A model generated the notes under the pieces. It was not told the DNA's origin. It saw only the letters and a program-made list of their open reading frames with translations, and did not search any database. A stretch of 64,000 bases of DNA from Anthoceros angustus. Lineage: Eukaryota; Plantae; Anthocerotophyta. The stretch is from positions 310,001 to 374,000 of the forward strand of contig VJWM01000106.1 in assembly GCA_010909165.1 (NCBI GenBank), given 5' to 3'. Each line of letters begins with the position of its first letter. Position 1 is the first letter of the stretch. Of the stretch, positions 37,225 through 48,850 are shown piece by piece. The position numbers and the translations under genes were made by a program.

Positions 37225-40200
37225 ATGTCTGCAATGGGAGGGCTGGTGGAGTATGCGTTGGAGGTTTTTTGCCCTTCCTGGAAAGAGATGAGTATTTCCT
37301 TGGGACTAGTTGTGGTGTTGTTGAACCTGCTGAGGCTTGTGGATTCATTGTCCAATCAACGACCGGATAACAGAGATGGTGTTGTAGACACTGATAGTGC
37401 CGCCCAGCAGGTTATGGGTAGTCCTCCGCACAATAAGGTTAGTGTTGCGGAATTCTGTCCTGTCTTGATGCCACATTGCTTGCTTCCGTGCGGGGGTGTG
37501 TCGTTGAGTGTGGATTGGTTGGGCTCAGGTGAAGATTCCTGAGATTGTCCTGATTCGGCTGAGGTTGCAGCATCCAATCTTGCTTGGACATGGACACTTG
37601 TTCAAGCAAGATTTGCTCTTTGTGGCAAGGCTGAGTTCTCCAGAGCAGGGCTTGCCTACTGTCTTGCACGAAAGCACTGTTGTAATGTCTGTATAGCAGG
37701 CCCACAATGCACGCTGTGTTACTGGTCAGAACCGTCATGATCAAATCTGACGTGCATTTCTGCTTGCATCTGATGTCTCAGTATGGGATTGACCACGTCC
37801 TTTGCTTACTTTGAACGAGTTCATCGCATCTCTGCGCGCTCTTATCTTTGCCATGAACTGCTTGGTGTAGGTGCCTTTGAGAGGGGATGCTGGGAGCTTA
37901 AGCGTCTATCTCGTGAAGGTGAGAGTTCACAAGACACGTTAATGAGGTGTTGTAAGCAATGTTCCTATCATTTGAATTCAGTCGTGCCATCAGCGTTCCT
38001 GTTGCGAGTCTCCGGTTGCTAACCTGATTGTGCTGCTGTGTGATAGTACCTGAGCAGTTGTTTCTGGCTGTGTTCATTTCAGCTACAACTTCTGGCTGCT
38101 AAAAATTTGATCGCAGCAAATCTCAACGGCTCCTCCGACCCTTATGCTATATTGACATGTGGGCCTCAGAAACGCTTTAGGTGGGCTTCTATTCTATTGG
38201 AACGAAGCTTTCTAAGGGACCTTAGTCCCTCAGTCCTTATTGTGAGTACGTGGGAGTTTTTCAGATCTTGGTATCAGGTGAAGTGACTCAATTTTGGTCT
38301 GTCCCCGTAGTTCAATGGTTCCAGGAACGAGGAATCCCATGTGGGGTGAAGAGTTTGACTTCTACACAGAGGAACTACCTGTCCAGGTATGACCAGGACT
38401 GTTAGTGTCTTTTTTGCATGTTTTTAAGGTTCCGTTATCCTGCTCTACTGAAGGAGAGCTCGAATTCCAGGTGAACATCTCGATCTACGACTGGGACATA
38501 TTGTGGAAGAGCACCCACCTGGGATCTGTTACCCTGAAAATCACTGCCGAGGGTGATACGGAAGCTGTCTGGCATATGCTGGACAAAGCATCAGGCCAGG
38601 TACCTGATGGACATCGAAAATTCCTTTTCTGGTTTCCTGCCATGTCCAGAGTGTGAATGTAGCCACTCAACCTTCCAGCACCTGCAGGTGTGTGTACATA
38701 CATCTGCGAAGTGCCTTCCGGCAAGTACTGCCGGGTGAGCTTATCTCAGTCACAGCCTCACAATTGAATCTTCTTGGGAAATGAGTTATTTTGGAATGGC
38801 AAGATGCCTTGTTATCAGCACTTTCTACGCTTCGCATGGGTCCATACTTGAGTGTCCTGTGGCCAGTGTTAGACGTTTGCTGCTGTATGAGTGGAGATTT
38901 AAGGTCCTCTACGGTTCGCTGTGGTTTGCAGGGCTCTTATCGGTGGAATAGCTGGCGGTAGCAGAGGAAGGCGGATCTCGATGGATCGACCAGTTGGAAC
39001 AGAAGTGCGGCAAAAACCGGGACCTCTGCAGACAATCTTCGGCCTGCCCCCTGACGAGGTAGTCTCGTGAAGCGGCTGTTGTAATCTGCGCTCGTGATCC
39101 AGAAGTTTGTGTCCTTGAGGTCAAAGGTGAAAGGTCTCTCTTGGTCTTGGCACAGGTGGTCGAGCACAGTTACTCCTGTGCTATGGAGAGGTCCTTCTTA
39201 TACCATGGTCGGATGTACGTGTCGGAAAGGCATATTTGCTTCAATTCAAATGTGTTCGGCAAGCACATGAAAGTGAGTATGCATGACTCAGCCAATGTGA
39301 GCACCCCCTTCACAACCCAATGAGCGGAAGTAACTTATGTGCCCTTTTTCCTTGGCCTGACAGATGGTGCTTTCTTTTGAAGATGTGGAAGAGGTAGGGG
39401 AGTCTGTTGTTGAAAGTTGTGTTCTCCTATCGTCAGTGAACTCTGCATGAAAATTCTGGGTCGGTTTCCTTCTCATCCGTGGCTCCATTGAACAGATAAG
39501 AAGAAGCCAGCATGCTCTTATCAACCCTGCGATAACAATTGTTCTTCGAGCTGGATCGGGGGGTGATGGGGTGCCTCCTCTCTCCAGTCCTGATGGTATT
39601 CACGCTATCTGGTTCGCTTGGTTTCTTCTGGTGATTTGTCCATGAGAGATCGTTATTGAGTTGAAGGGAACTGGAGTGCAGGAAGGGCGAAGTACAAATT
39701 CGCGTCCTTTTGGAACCGAAATCACGCTCACAGAGTTTTACTTCGGATAGCCAAAAACTTCCAGGCCGTCGAGGAGGCTGCAAAGCTGGTATTGCAGTCG
39801 GTCAAACTTCGTTCACGGAAATGGTGTATGAAGCAAGTTCCATATTCTGAGTTTTGGTTGCTTCGCAGGAAGAGCAGCAATCTGCCCTGAGGTCACAAAG
39901 TAGCTCTTTCACAACTCTTTCCCAATCTTCGGAAGTGGGTGCTCCTGCTGGTACTTCGGCAGTGCCCTTTCAGCCGTTCCTCAGAGAGGAGATTCTGGTT
40001 GAAATAATGAAGGTACGCGAGCCACGGATCCTTTTTCGTTCCTACATGAATGCTTTGTGTACTCCATCCAACCCGGTACTTACTGCTTATCTTGTATCTG
40101 GCAGATTGATCTGCGTTGCACTGTGCAACAGTTCTTCTCTATACTCCTCAGCGACGCTTCCAAGTTCACGGAAATCTACAAAGCTCAACGGAAAGACGTC

Positions 40201-41112
40201 GACGTGAAGGTTGTAGTTCTGTGCCCTATTCTTCAATTGCCTCCACTCTTGGATCGTGTTAGAAGTAGTCATGAACGTCTAGTGTCGCCGTTCGTCCTTT
40301 GTTGCAGCTGGAAAAATGGAATCCAACGGTGGAGTATGGCGGACTTATTCGCAAGATCACATTCCGATCTCTGTGTCACAGCCCCATGTGTCCTCCTGAC
40401 ACTGCAATGACGGAGTGGCAGCATGTGTCCTTCTCCACAGACAAGCGACTCTTGGTGAGTAATTCAGCACGGTGTCCTGGTGTGCTCTCCTCCTGACCAG
40501 CAGCTTCCAACATTTGGAATGTTGTGCAGAAACTCGAGACTGTGCAGCAAGCGCATGATGTGCCCTTCGGCTCCTTGTTTGAGGTGAGCAGGGGAGGCAT
40601 TTGTGGGAGTTCTTGCCCCTGAGTATTTGGGCTACGTGGTGTCACAGTGTTGTGCTGAGAGCAGGTGCACGCAAGGTGGACAGTGCAGGGGACGTCTGAG
40701 TTCAGGTCTTCAGTAGTCGTCAGTGTAGGTTAGTCGCCCAAGTTCTCAACGTTGGATACATATTTATGGACAACCATAGGAGTGAAAACAGTGTTTTCCT
40801 CCTGCCTGCCTCCTGTTGCTGTAGTTCATGAAGAACGTCCTTGTCTACAGGTACCCATTTCAAGAAGTGGATTGTTATGCAATCGAAGATCAAGAGTGGG
40901 ACTGAGAAAGAGGTACAGTAGATTCCTGGTGTCTCGGTTGGTCGCTGGTTGTTTACCGGTGAGCCTCATAGCCTTTCCTTATGGGCCGCATGCAGTACAA
41001 GTTGGAGGCGGAGCTCTTCATCGAAATCGCACGAAAATTCCTGGAAGCACCAAGAACTGGGGGTCCCCAGGAAGAAACCAGCGATGAGACTCAGCCCGGC
41101 ACACCTGGATGA
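37225..41112 (+). CDS. BAGP1: C2-GRAM-VASt domain protein (BAG-associated GRAM protein 1-like), spliced
   Basis: N-terminal TM segment, C2 ([29 protein letters not shown]), GRAM ([42 protein letters not shown]), VASt ([24 protein letters not shown]); ends PGTPG* at 41112. Confidence 0.9.
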
Positions 41113-41436
41113 GCGTTGCGCACGTGTTCTGTCGCTGGCAAATTAAGTCCTTGTATGCTCGGCCATCGTCATCCTCCTCCACTACATCCTTTCCTAATCT
41201 CAGTACACAGTAACAATCCTTGCCATCCAGAGGACACCAGTCACGGTGAAACACCCTCTCAGAGCGTAATTTAAGGTCCATACCAGCGCGCCATACCCTG
41301 CAGGGAGAGGACATCAGATCTTATCAGGGCGCAATAGCAGAGGGGAGATGGAGGATCTGCCGGATCTGCAGGTGAGAAGCACAGGGGGAGAAGGGAGGAG
41401 GGAGTGGGGTGAAGCAATTGTGACATATAGATAAAG

Positions 41437-41790
41437 CAGCATGGAACGAAAGCAAAGACTCAGACTTGTAAGCCTTGATTCCACAGAGTAAGACAGCGGG
41501 TGCCATGCCATTTTCCCGTTAGGCCGTACGTAAACGGAGAAGCTGCTGAATGTGAAGAGACGCTACATACCATGACCACCTCCGCGCAGGATGATGGACC
41601 CCTGGATGAGAGTCCGACCTCGGTACCATCTGATGCGAATGTGAGGATTGGAGCTTCCGCGTCCCCAAGTTCAGCTCGCTCGGTACATGACCACGTTTCT
41701 CAATCCTCAATCCGCAGCATGATACCTCCGCTGCGCATGCATTTGGAGGCTTGGCCGCGGCTTCTACGTGCAGGGCCAGAAGAACTCAAT
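41437..41790 (+). pseudogene. Decayed coding-like segment of unknown family, copy 1 of a local duplication
   Basis: Homologous to 42612-42950 (FPVRPY(V/I)NGEAA.CEET...GLEL..PQ.QLA.YMTTFLN). A 7-bp duplication ctcaatc-ctcaatc at 41699-41712 shifts the frame. Confidence 0.5.
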
Positions 41791-42611
41791 ATACCCCACC
41801 TTGCCCGGCTTTGATGAGGCAAATCATAGATAGCTGGCCGGGGAAATTGTAGTTGCATGACTGCAAGGGACTGGGTACGCCAAGAATGATCCCTCTCGGC
41901 CGCTGCGCCGCTCGCTTGCTTCCCATAGTACAGGTCCTTCGATCTCTCCTGCGGACCTGTGACAAAACCTCGGATCGCGGAGCGAGGGCGATTAAATCGC
42001 CCGACTACTCCACCTCCGGAGGCCGCATGCGCTCAGGTCTCACTTCCAGGCCTATCTCCGACCGGCAGCTGAACTCGCAGATGAGTGGCAGACTGCCGGA
42101 TGACAGAATGGTTGGCAGTGGCTCCTGCCTGGTGAACAGGTATTTACTCAAGTAAATATGCACAATGCGGGCAACTGGATGCGGCGCGTGGTGGGGTTTC
42201 TGACAGCTTGGCCACAGAACGTGTGGTGTGAGCAAGCACTGTGGGGTAAGATTCAATGGACTGTACTTAGGGGAATACAGTAGTTTGCAAAGGTGAACGC
42301 ATTGGGGAAGAAAAGTAGCGTGTGAAATACATATGTATGTACCAGGTGGAGTAAGGTTTAGTGGAGGAGCTAGTACTTGTGCAGTGTAGCAATATTTCGC
42401 AAAGGTAAACATTGGAGGAGGAAATATTTGATGTAATTTGAAGGAGGAAATGTTTGATTTAATTACATCCCGAAAGTGAGCACATTCAAAGTTGGATATT
42501 TATACTTCTTTCTCACTTCAGCTTTTTGTTTGAGAAGCATAGAAAGGAAAAGAAGGAGAGTGGGGTGAAGGACGTGTGCTGTATGCAACATAAAACAATA
42601 ACATAGAAAAA

Positions 42612-42950
42612 GCAACATGGAATCAAGGCAAAGACTCACGAACTTGCGAGCCTTGAGCCTAGATCATTCTCTGAAGTAATACAGCTGCTTTCACACCATT
42701 TCCTGTTAGGCCGTACATAAATGGAGAAGCTGCTAGATGTGAAGAGACCTTCGCTACGTATCATAACCATCTTTCTGCTGAATAATGGACCTTGAATGAA
42801 AGTTACCATATGATTCGAATGGGAGGATTAGAGCTTTCGCATCCCCAACTTCAGCTCGCTCAGTACATGACCACATTTCTCAATCACCAGGAGAAGGATA
42901 CCACCGTTGTGCATGCATTTCCAGGCTTTGCCGAGGCTTCTACAGAGTCA
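42612..42950 (+). pseudogene. Decayed coding-like segment of unknown family, copy 2
   Basis: Same peptide blocks as 41437-41790, with an in-frame stop at about 42783; followed by the retroposon at 42992. Confidence 0.5.
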
Positions 42951-42991
42951 AAGCCAAAAGCTACAAGGAGACAGGAGGACAAGCTTGCCAT

Positions 42992-43175
42992 GAAGAAGAA
43001 GAAGAAGAATTTTATTTAAGTCCACTAAGGACGGATTTCCGTCATGGGACTTGGTACTTAACAACTTGTACCATGATATGCCTAAGCTATTTGCACCAAG
43101 GGCATCCATTCCCTTTAGACACCCCATCTAAGTACCGATCCAAGCCCACGATGCTTAATAACCACGTTCTTGTAA
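42992..43175 (-). mobile_element. Short non-autonomous retroposon, copy B: 5S-like body, LINE-shared 3' stem-loop, (TTC)n tail
   Basis: Minus strand reads ...aagaacgtggttattaagcatcgtgggcttggatcggtacttagatggggtgtc...ggatgcccttggtgcaa...agtcccatgacggaaatccgtccttagtggacttaaataaaa(ttc)6. Confidence 0.75.
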
Positions 43176-44779
43176 ATGTTTGTCCATTTGGCCTAAGCCA
43201 TTTGGACACATGAGCCCACGAGAGTGCATCCTCCCTCGCCGAGCTGCTATTTATCTATCATACCTTGGGTTTTGCAATGGTTAAGTGAAAGTTTATCTTT
43301 AATAATCTCACAGTTTGTTTTCTAACAACTTGGTTTTTTAGTAAAACTTCGAAACTTCATAAGCATAAAACAGGAATTACAAAAACCCCCGAGTGAGAGG
43401 ACATAGGTCCGTTGCTAACGGAACGAGAAACAGGACAAACAACAACCCCCCTGCAAGGCAGGGACTGGCAATCGGGAAGAGAAATCCCCGTGAAACAAAA
43501 CGACAGTGCGGCCTTGCCGAGGGCGCTCGTGTCCCAAGACCACATCGACAGTCACTGTCCCTTCTCCGCAGGCTGGATTTCGTTGGTTGCTGACTGGTGG
43601 CTGTGGGCTGTGTGGAGCTGGGTGGTCCCTATGGGTTTTCCTTTTCCGCTCATCCTCCTGCGTGTCATACGTGTCTCCGGTGTCCTCCTCCTTTGTGTGC
43701 ATGCGGATTATGCACTTTGGGGCTTGAAGCAACGGTTTCTGTATGATGAAATAGAAGCTGAGATATATGTATTTTGTCAGCCTGACACTTCTACCTGTGG
43801 GTCAACAGAGTGGCAATATTCCTTGGCTTGAAGTTCTATTCTGCAGGTGGATCTGTGTTTCGATCAACTGGTATTCAAGCTGAGTGATCACGTGTTCGCC
43901 TATTACAAAAGTCGTGCTCCAAGGTACTGTGCAAGGCTTTTCTTTAGGTCGCACCTGTGACAGAGCAGAGGTAACCAAAATAGTTTTGTGGTTTTTGTCA
44001 CACAGGTTTATGTAGTAAATTGCTCAATCCAAGTTTCCTCTCGGTGTCAGAGAACCGGCCAAAGTATTTTGTTTTCCCAAGACGCTACGACATATTATTT
44101 GACGTGCGGCGAGTGAAAGGTCAAGAATTTCCATTCACCTGGGTTTTCTTTTATTGATGTAAAAAATATATCCATAACTGGAAATCGTGCTGAAGTTGTC
44201 TTGTTTGCAGCTCCTTGGGAGAACAATTGATTTAGCCTTTCTCATCGTCAACGCTTGAACCGAGTCTTCAGAGAAAACCTGGACTTTCTGCTTCAAAGCT
44301 TTGAGCTACATAAACTTTGCTTTATTGTGGCATTCTGCGTTCTACCAGATGTCTTGTTTCAGCATTTTGCCAGAGAGCAATTATGGACTTTGCCACCAAG
44401 CATCTCTCTTGTGTTCTGACGTACTCTCTCCTATTTGTTGGGATATCAGGACGTGCAAATTCTTCTTGAAATTTTGAGGCTCACACTCGAATTGCTAGCA
44501 GAGCACTTGAACCTCGACCCATCCTAGGCTATCTGTAGTGAGATGGCTGATAACATCTCTCTCGTGTCTTCTCTCTCTCCAAAAAGTGCAACAAAACATG
44601 TATAAGAACGATACAGAGGGAGATCCAAAGTTCCAACAAAAGTGTCACATAACAACAAAAGTGCAACCAAAAGTATAATAAAATTACCAAAAAGTAAACA
44701 AAACCATCCCTTTCTCTTAGTACAGTAGTGCACTTAGCTTTCTAGTTGTGCGGCAGTGCACTTCGCTTTCTAGATGTGC

Positions 44780-46410
44780 ATAGTGCACTTAGCTACGAGG
44801 AGCTGGTAAGTATGTGAGGTTGATACATTCAAAAGAGACCTGGAACCTCCGGTGGGGCGCCGGCCAACAGCAGGCCATCTCCAGCGACCGGTAAGGATGT
44901 CCAAGAAGTGTGTTTCCTTGTGCTCCCACCAAACGAATTCCTCGCCCCAGCAACAATCTGGACACAGAAGATCAGATTGCAGCAGCCATCTTCTGGCATC
45001 CTCGGAACTATAAAGAATCGTGATAGGAGAAAGGTGAGTTCCCTGCAGATCCACTCCCTGGCCCTGTAATGAGAGATTGAACCCCTGAGAATCTATCGCA
45101 GCGGTATTCGCCTACGAGTAAGCTGTCTCTGTCTTGACGGCCGGTCACCTGGAAGGCCGATTCATAAGATAGGAAAATGTCTGGTTGTGCAGTGTGACGG
45201 GCCACGACTGCGAAATCACCAACATCAACCGACCCCGGGTTGTTTAGAGCAGCATATAAAGCAGGAGTCAGGTCTTCTTTGACGCTACAAATGATGAACC
45301 GGGCACAGGCGAGGCTGATGCCAAATTCCTGTTATAGAACGTGTGGCTCCTTCCAGTCTTCAGTGATTAGGTCCCAGGCATCGCAGAGCAAAATGAGACC
45401 AACGAGGTCAGCGTTCCTGAGATGTTGGGAGCGCTTGATACGGGCTGCCTATGTCGGTGTCCACATGCGGTTACAGGCTTGGAGGGCCAGAGCCAGAGCC
45501 AGAGCTAGAGCATTTGATTGTGGGTGGGGGAGTTCCAGACAGCCAAGGAGAAAAGACGACAACTGTCCCAGATTCAGTTCCAGAGCGGGGAACCTCCCTG
45601 TCCTTGGGCTAGACAGGTGTAGGGGGCAAAGATATTGCTGATCCCTTGCCTACCATGCTTGCGCGTTTGAGCACTCTGTAGCCTGTACGTGAGAAAGCCT
45701 TTCCAGGGGAAATCAACACGACCCAGAGCTTTGAGGATCCATTGCGCGTGAAGTGCAGTGGTCTTGAGAAAGGGATGAACTAATCTGAGCCCCCCAGCCG
45801 CTTTTGGTTGGATCAGTAATCTCCATGTCACCTTGTGTGCTTTGCTACCTGACTCCACTCCACTGGACGGCCCCACAGGAATTGTAAGATGAGTGACTTG
45901 AACCATTCCATATCGTCTTTGGTGGGGGCCCGGACGAATATGTTGTACCACAGTGTAGAGGTGAGGATGTAGTTTATAGCTAGCACCCTGGCAGCAGTGG
46001 AAAGTTGAAGAACCTGTAAGGCTCGGGCTTTCTGGATAAACTCGGCAAAAACGTATTTGCCAACCTTTGCATTCTCGTCCCTTTCATGCATCGGTAGACC
46101 CAGGTGTTTATGAAACTGAGTACCTTGGATGCGGTCAATATTCTGGACAGGAACAGGCACAAACCCCCAGTGCACTTTGCATCCGGACAACTCCCTGAAT
46201 TCCTTGAGCACCCCCATCATAGCACCTAGAGACCTGTCGTCTGCTTCCGAAAACAACAGGGTATCGTCTGCCAAGTAGGACACAGACATTCCTTGCCAGT
46301 GGGATCCTCGATACCTGCAATTTCCATATGTTTGTTGATGCGCCACATTGGAAAATCAGTCAAGATGGTGAAAAGTGCAGGGGCCAGGGGGCTTCCTTGC
46401 CTAACGTAAC
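44780..46410 (-). mobile_element. Degenerate L1-clade LINE ORF2 fragment (reverse transcriptase and downstream region)
   Basis: VRQGSPLAPALF, YLADDTLLF, FRELSGCKV, KHLGLP, LSTAARVLAINYILTSTLWY and KVTWRLLIQPKAAGGL, spread over shifted frames. Confidence 0.85.
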
Positions 46411-46411
46411 G

Positions 46412-47920
46412 GGTAATCACATTAAGGGTTTTGTAGATAGCGCTTTGGAAGATGACTTGGCCCACATTGACGACCTCTCTCAGTTAGAAGACCTCATTTG
46501 GCATTCGACATCCTTTCTTCTTGCTTCGCGCATCGGCCATTGTACTTTACCAGAACGATTGCTCCCTCCCAAGTTTTCTATCAACCTTGGGGAAGTTCGA
46601 TAAACAGGTTATGCAGGCGCTTGAGGACATCATTGGGCCAGTCACCTTCGAGTGTGCCGCAGGGGGTCCGGCGAGGCGGCAAGCATCTCTACCTATCACC
46701 TTTGGGGACATTGGTCTGCTGGCCATGGAGGCCTCGGCGTTGGCGGTCTTCTTGGGGAGCTAGGCCCTCTTTGCCCCCGTCTTGGCGTCATGGTTCTTAA
46801 TCCAGGATTCCCCCATCTTGGAGTCGTCTCAGGTGTCAAGAAGGGGGCCTTCTCCTTGCACGTTTCCCAAGGTTGGCTCGGGATTCCTTATCCTCAGAGG
46901 TCGGGCGGCCATGCCTCTTTTTTCCACGCTTTCTGTTGCCGGGGTGGGTGGCCTTCAGGTCTCACTCCTGGAGAAGCAGTTCGGCAAGCGTAGAGGGCCC
47001 TTCTTCTAAATTCTACTATTCCCAGTATGCTCGGGCTCGCCTCCGCTCTTGCTCTGGAAAGGCAGCAGGCTCCAGGTTTTCTAGGTCGGCCATGCAACCA
47101 GGCTTTCCGAATCGCACCACCCTCTTTTTCTACCACAATCAAGTTTACTCCAGCCTTTAGCCTGTTCTCTATCATCTTGTAGTTGTAGGGCCCACCTCGA
47201 TAACTCTGGTTCCCACCTGGCTCGCGGTCCAACTGGAGGGCAGCGCATTGTTACGCATGATGCCGTTCGCAATGTCATGTTCTCGATGGCCAAGGAGAGT
47301 GGATTTCTCTGTATAGGGACCGCCCATATACCCTGCACAATGGCGTGTTGCTCAGAGCAGACCTATATCTGACCAGGGTGAATCAAATCTCTGATGCGGA
47401 TGTCATCGTAACAGACCCTACCCGGGACATCGTTTGTGAGCACGTCATCATCAACCTTCCAAGTTGGGCGACGGCGGGATGTGCGACATTCAAAGTCCAC
47501 AAGTACACCTATGCAGGACGGCCATGCCTTCATCCCCCTCGCCATCGAGACCCACGGGGCCATGGGCAAGGATTTTGGATGGCTCATAAAGGATTGTGCT
47601 AATGCCTACCATAGTTGACGGAACGGGATGGGTCTCCTTCTTTCCTCTGTGGTGGTTTTCTTTCGTCAGCGGGTTTCCGATCGCCCTGCAGAGGGCGTTG
47701 ACCAATGCTATTTACAGAACGACGACAAGTGCAGGAGATGCTGCACCAGTCATTGGTAGTTTCTTTAACTTTGACCACGGCATACTTGAGGCGATTGGTA
47801 GTTCAGGATCGACATTCGGGGGCGCTAGCCCCCTTGGCCCTTGACCCTTTAATGGGTTGTTCCCTATCGGCTTAGGGTAGATGGGTTTTCCCATCCCTTC
47901 TTTTTTATTAAGTCTTCATT
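46412..47920 (+). mobile_element. Degenerate non-LTR retrotransposon 3' fragment, CRE/R2-like with restriction-like endonuclease
   Basis: RQASLPITFGDIGL..A..VFLGS, RARLRSCSG, HDAVRN, RADLYL...ADVIVTDP, KVHKY, FIPLAIETHGAMG and IALQRA, with stops and frameshifts. Confidence 0.78.
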
Positions 47921-48106
47921 TCTTCTAGGAAAAGTTCCATATAACCACATCCCAAGCATCTTCTTTTTTCTCTTTTAGTTTTAGATTTTGTTCATATATT
48001 TAATATTTAGAGGATAAATCATTATTAGAAGACTATTATTTGGCTGGGAAAAAATAGTGTTAGGAATGGTGATTACAAAACTATAATTTGGCCCGAAAAA
48101 GGAGAT

Positions 48107-48520
48107 GGGCCATTGTAGGGGTGAAGCGGTTTGTGGGCGAGAATGAGGTAAAGAATACTATGTAAATTGTTTGAGAACTCATGTACCACCGTCAAGTAAT
48201 ATTGATAGGGCCAAGATAGGGGTGTGAACGTTTGTGGGCGAGTTTGAGGAAAAGAATACTACATGGATTGTTTTAGAGCTTGTTGACCATTGCTAGGTAA
48301 TATTTCTAGGCCAGAATAGGGGTGTGAGCATTTGTGAGCGAAAATGAGGTAAAGAATACTACATGGATTGTTTAAAACTTATTATCATCTCCACTTAATA
48401 TTGATGGGGCCAGGATAGTGAACGTTTGTGGGCGAGAACGAGGTAAAGAATACCATGTGGATTGTTTGAAAACTCATTTATCACCGCCACCTAATATTGA
48501 TGGGGCCAGGGTAGGGGTGG
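48107..48520. repeat. Tandem repeat, about 100-bp unit, 4 copies
   Basis: tttgtg(g/a)gcga...gagg(t/a)aaagaatac...attgttt recurs at about 48130, 48231, 48331 and 48425. Confidence 0.9.
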
Positions 48521-48850
48521 ATATCCGTAATTCTTCACCAGGGAGTTCAGCTTGGTGAGTTTCACAGATCAAGTGCTAGTCCATCAGAGACATTCTTGCA
48601 AAGCTAAGACAGCTGCAATCCATGTGCAGTGCAGAGCAGCTTCAAGTTTTAAAGTACAAAGGCTCATCAGAGCCCACCAAGTACAGTTCAGCAAGAGAGC
48701 TCGGCGCCGTTTACTCTTGTGAGTAAGAAACGCCACGAAGAAAAAATAATGCCAGCTTGTAGTGCAGCCAACACCGGCCTACAAGCTATGAATCTCCCGC
48801 CACCATCAACCTAATTATACACAAAAGAATTCCAAAACGACGGGCAACAC

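Noticed and set aside
43370-44520. Possible additional decayed transposon or gene fragment
   Set aside because: I could not read any convincing motif in any frame, so it is left unannotated.
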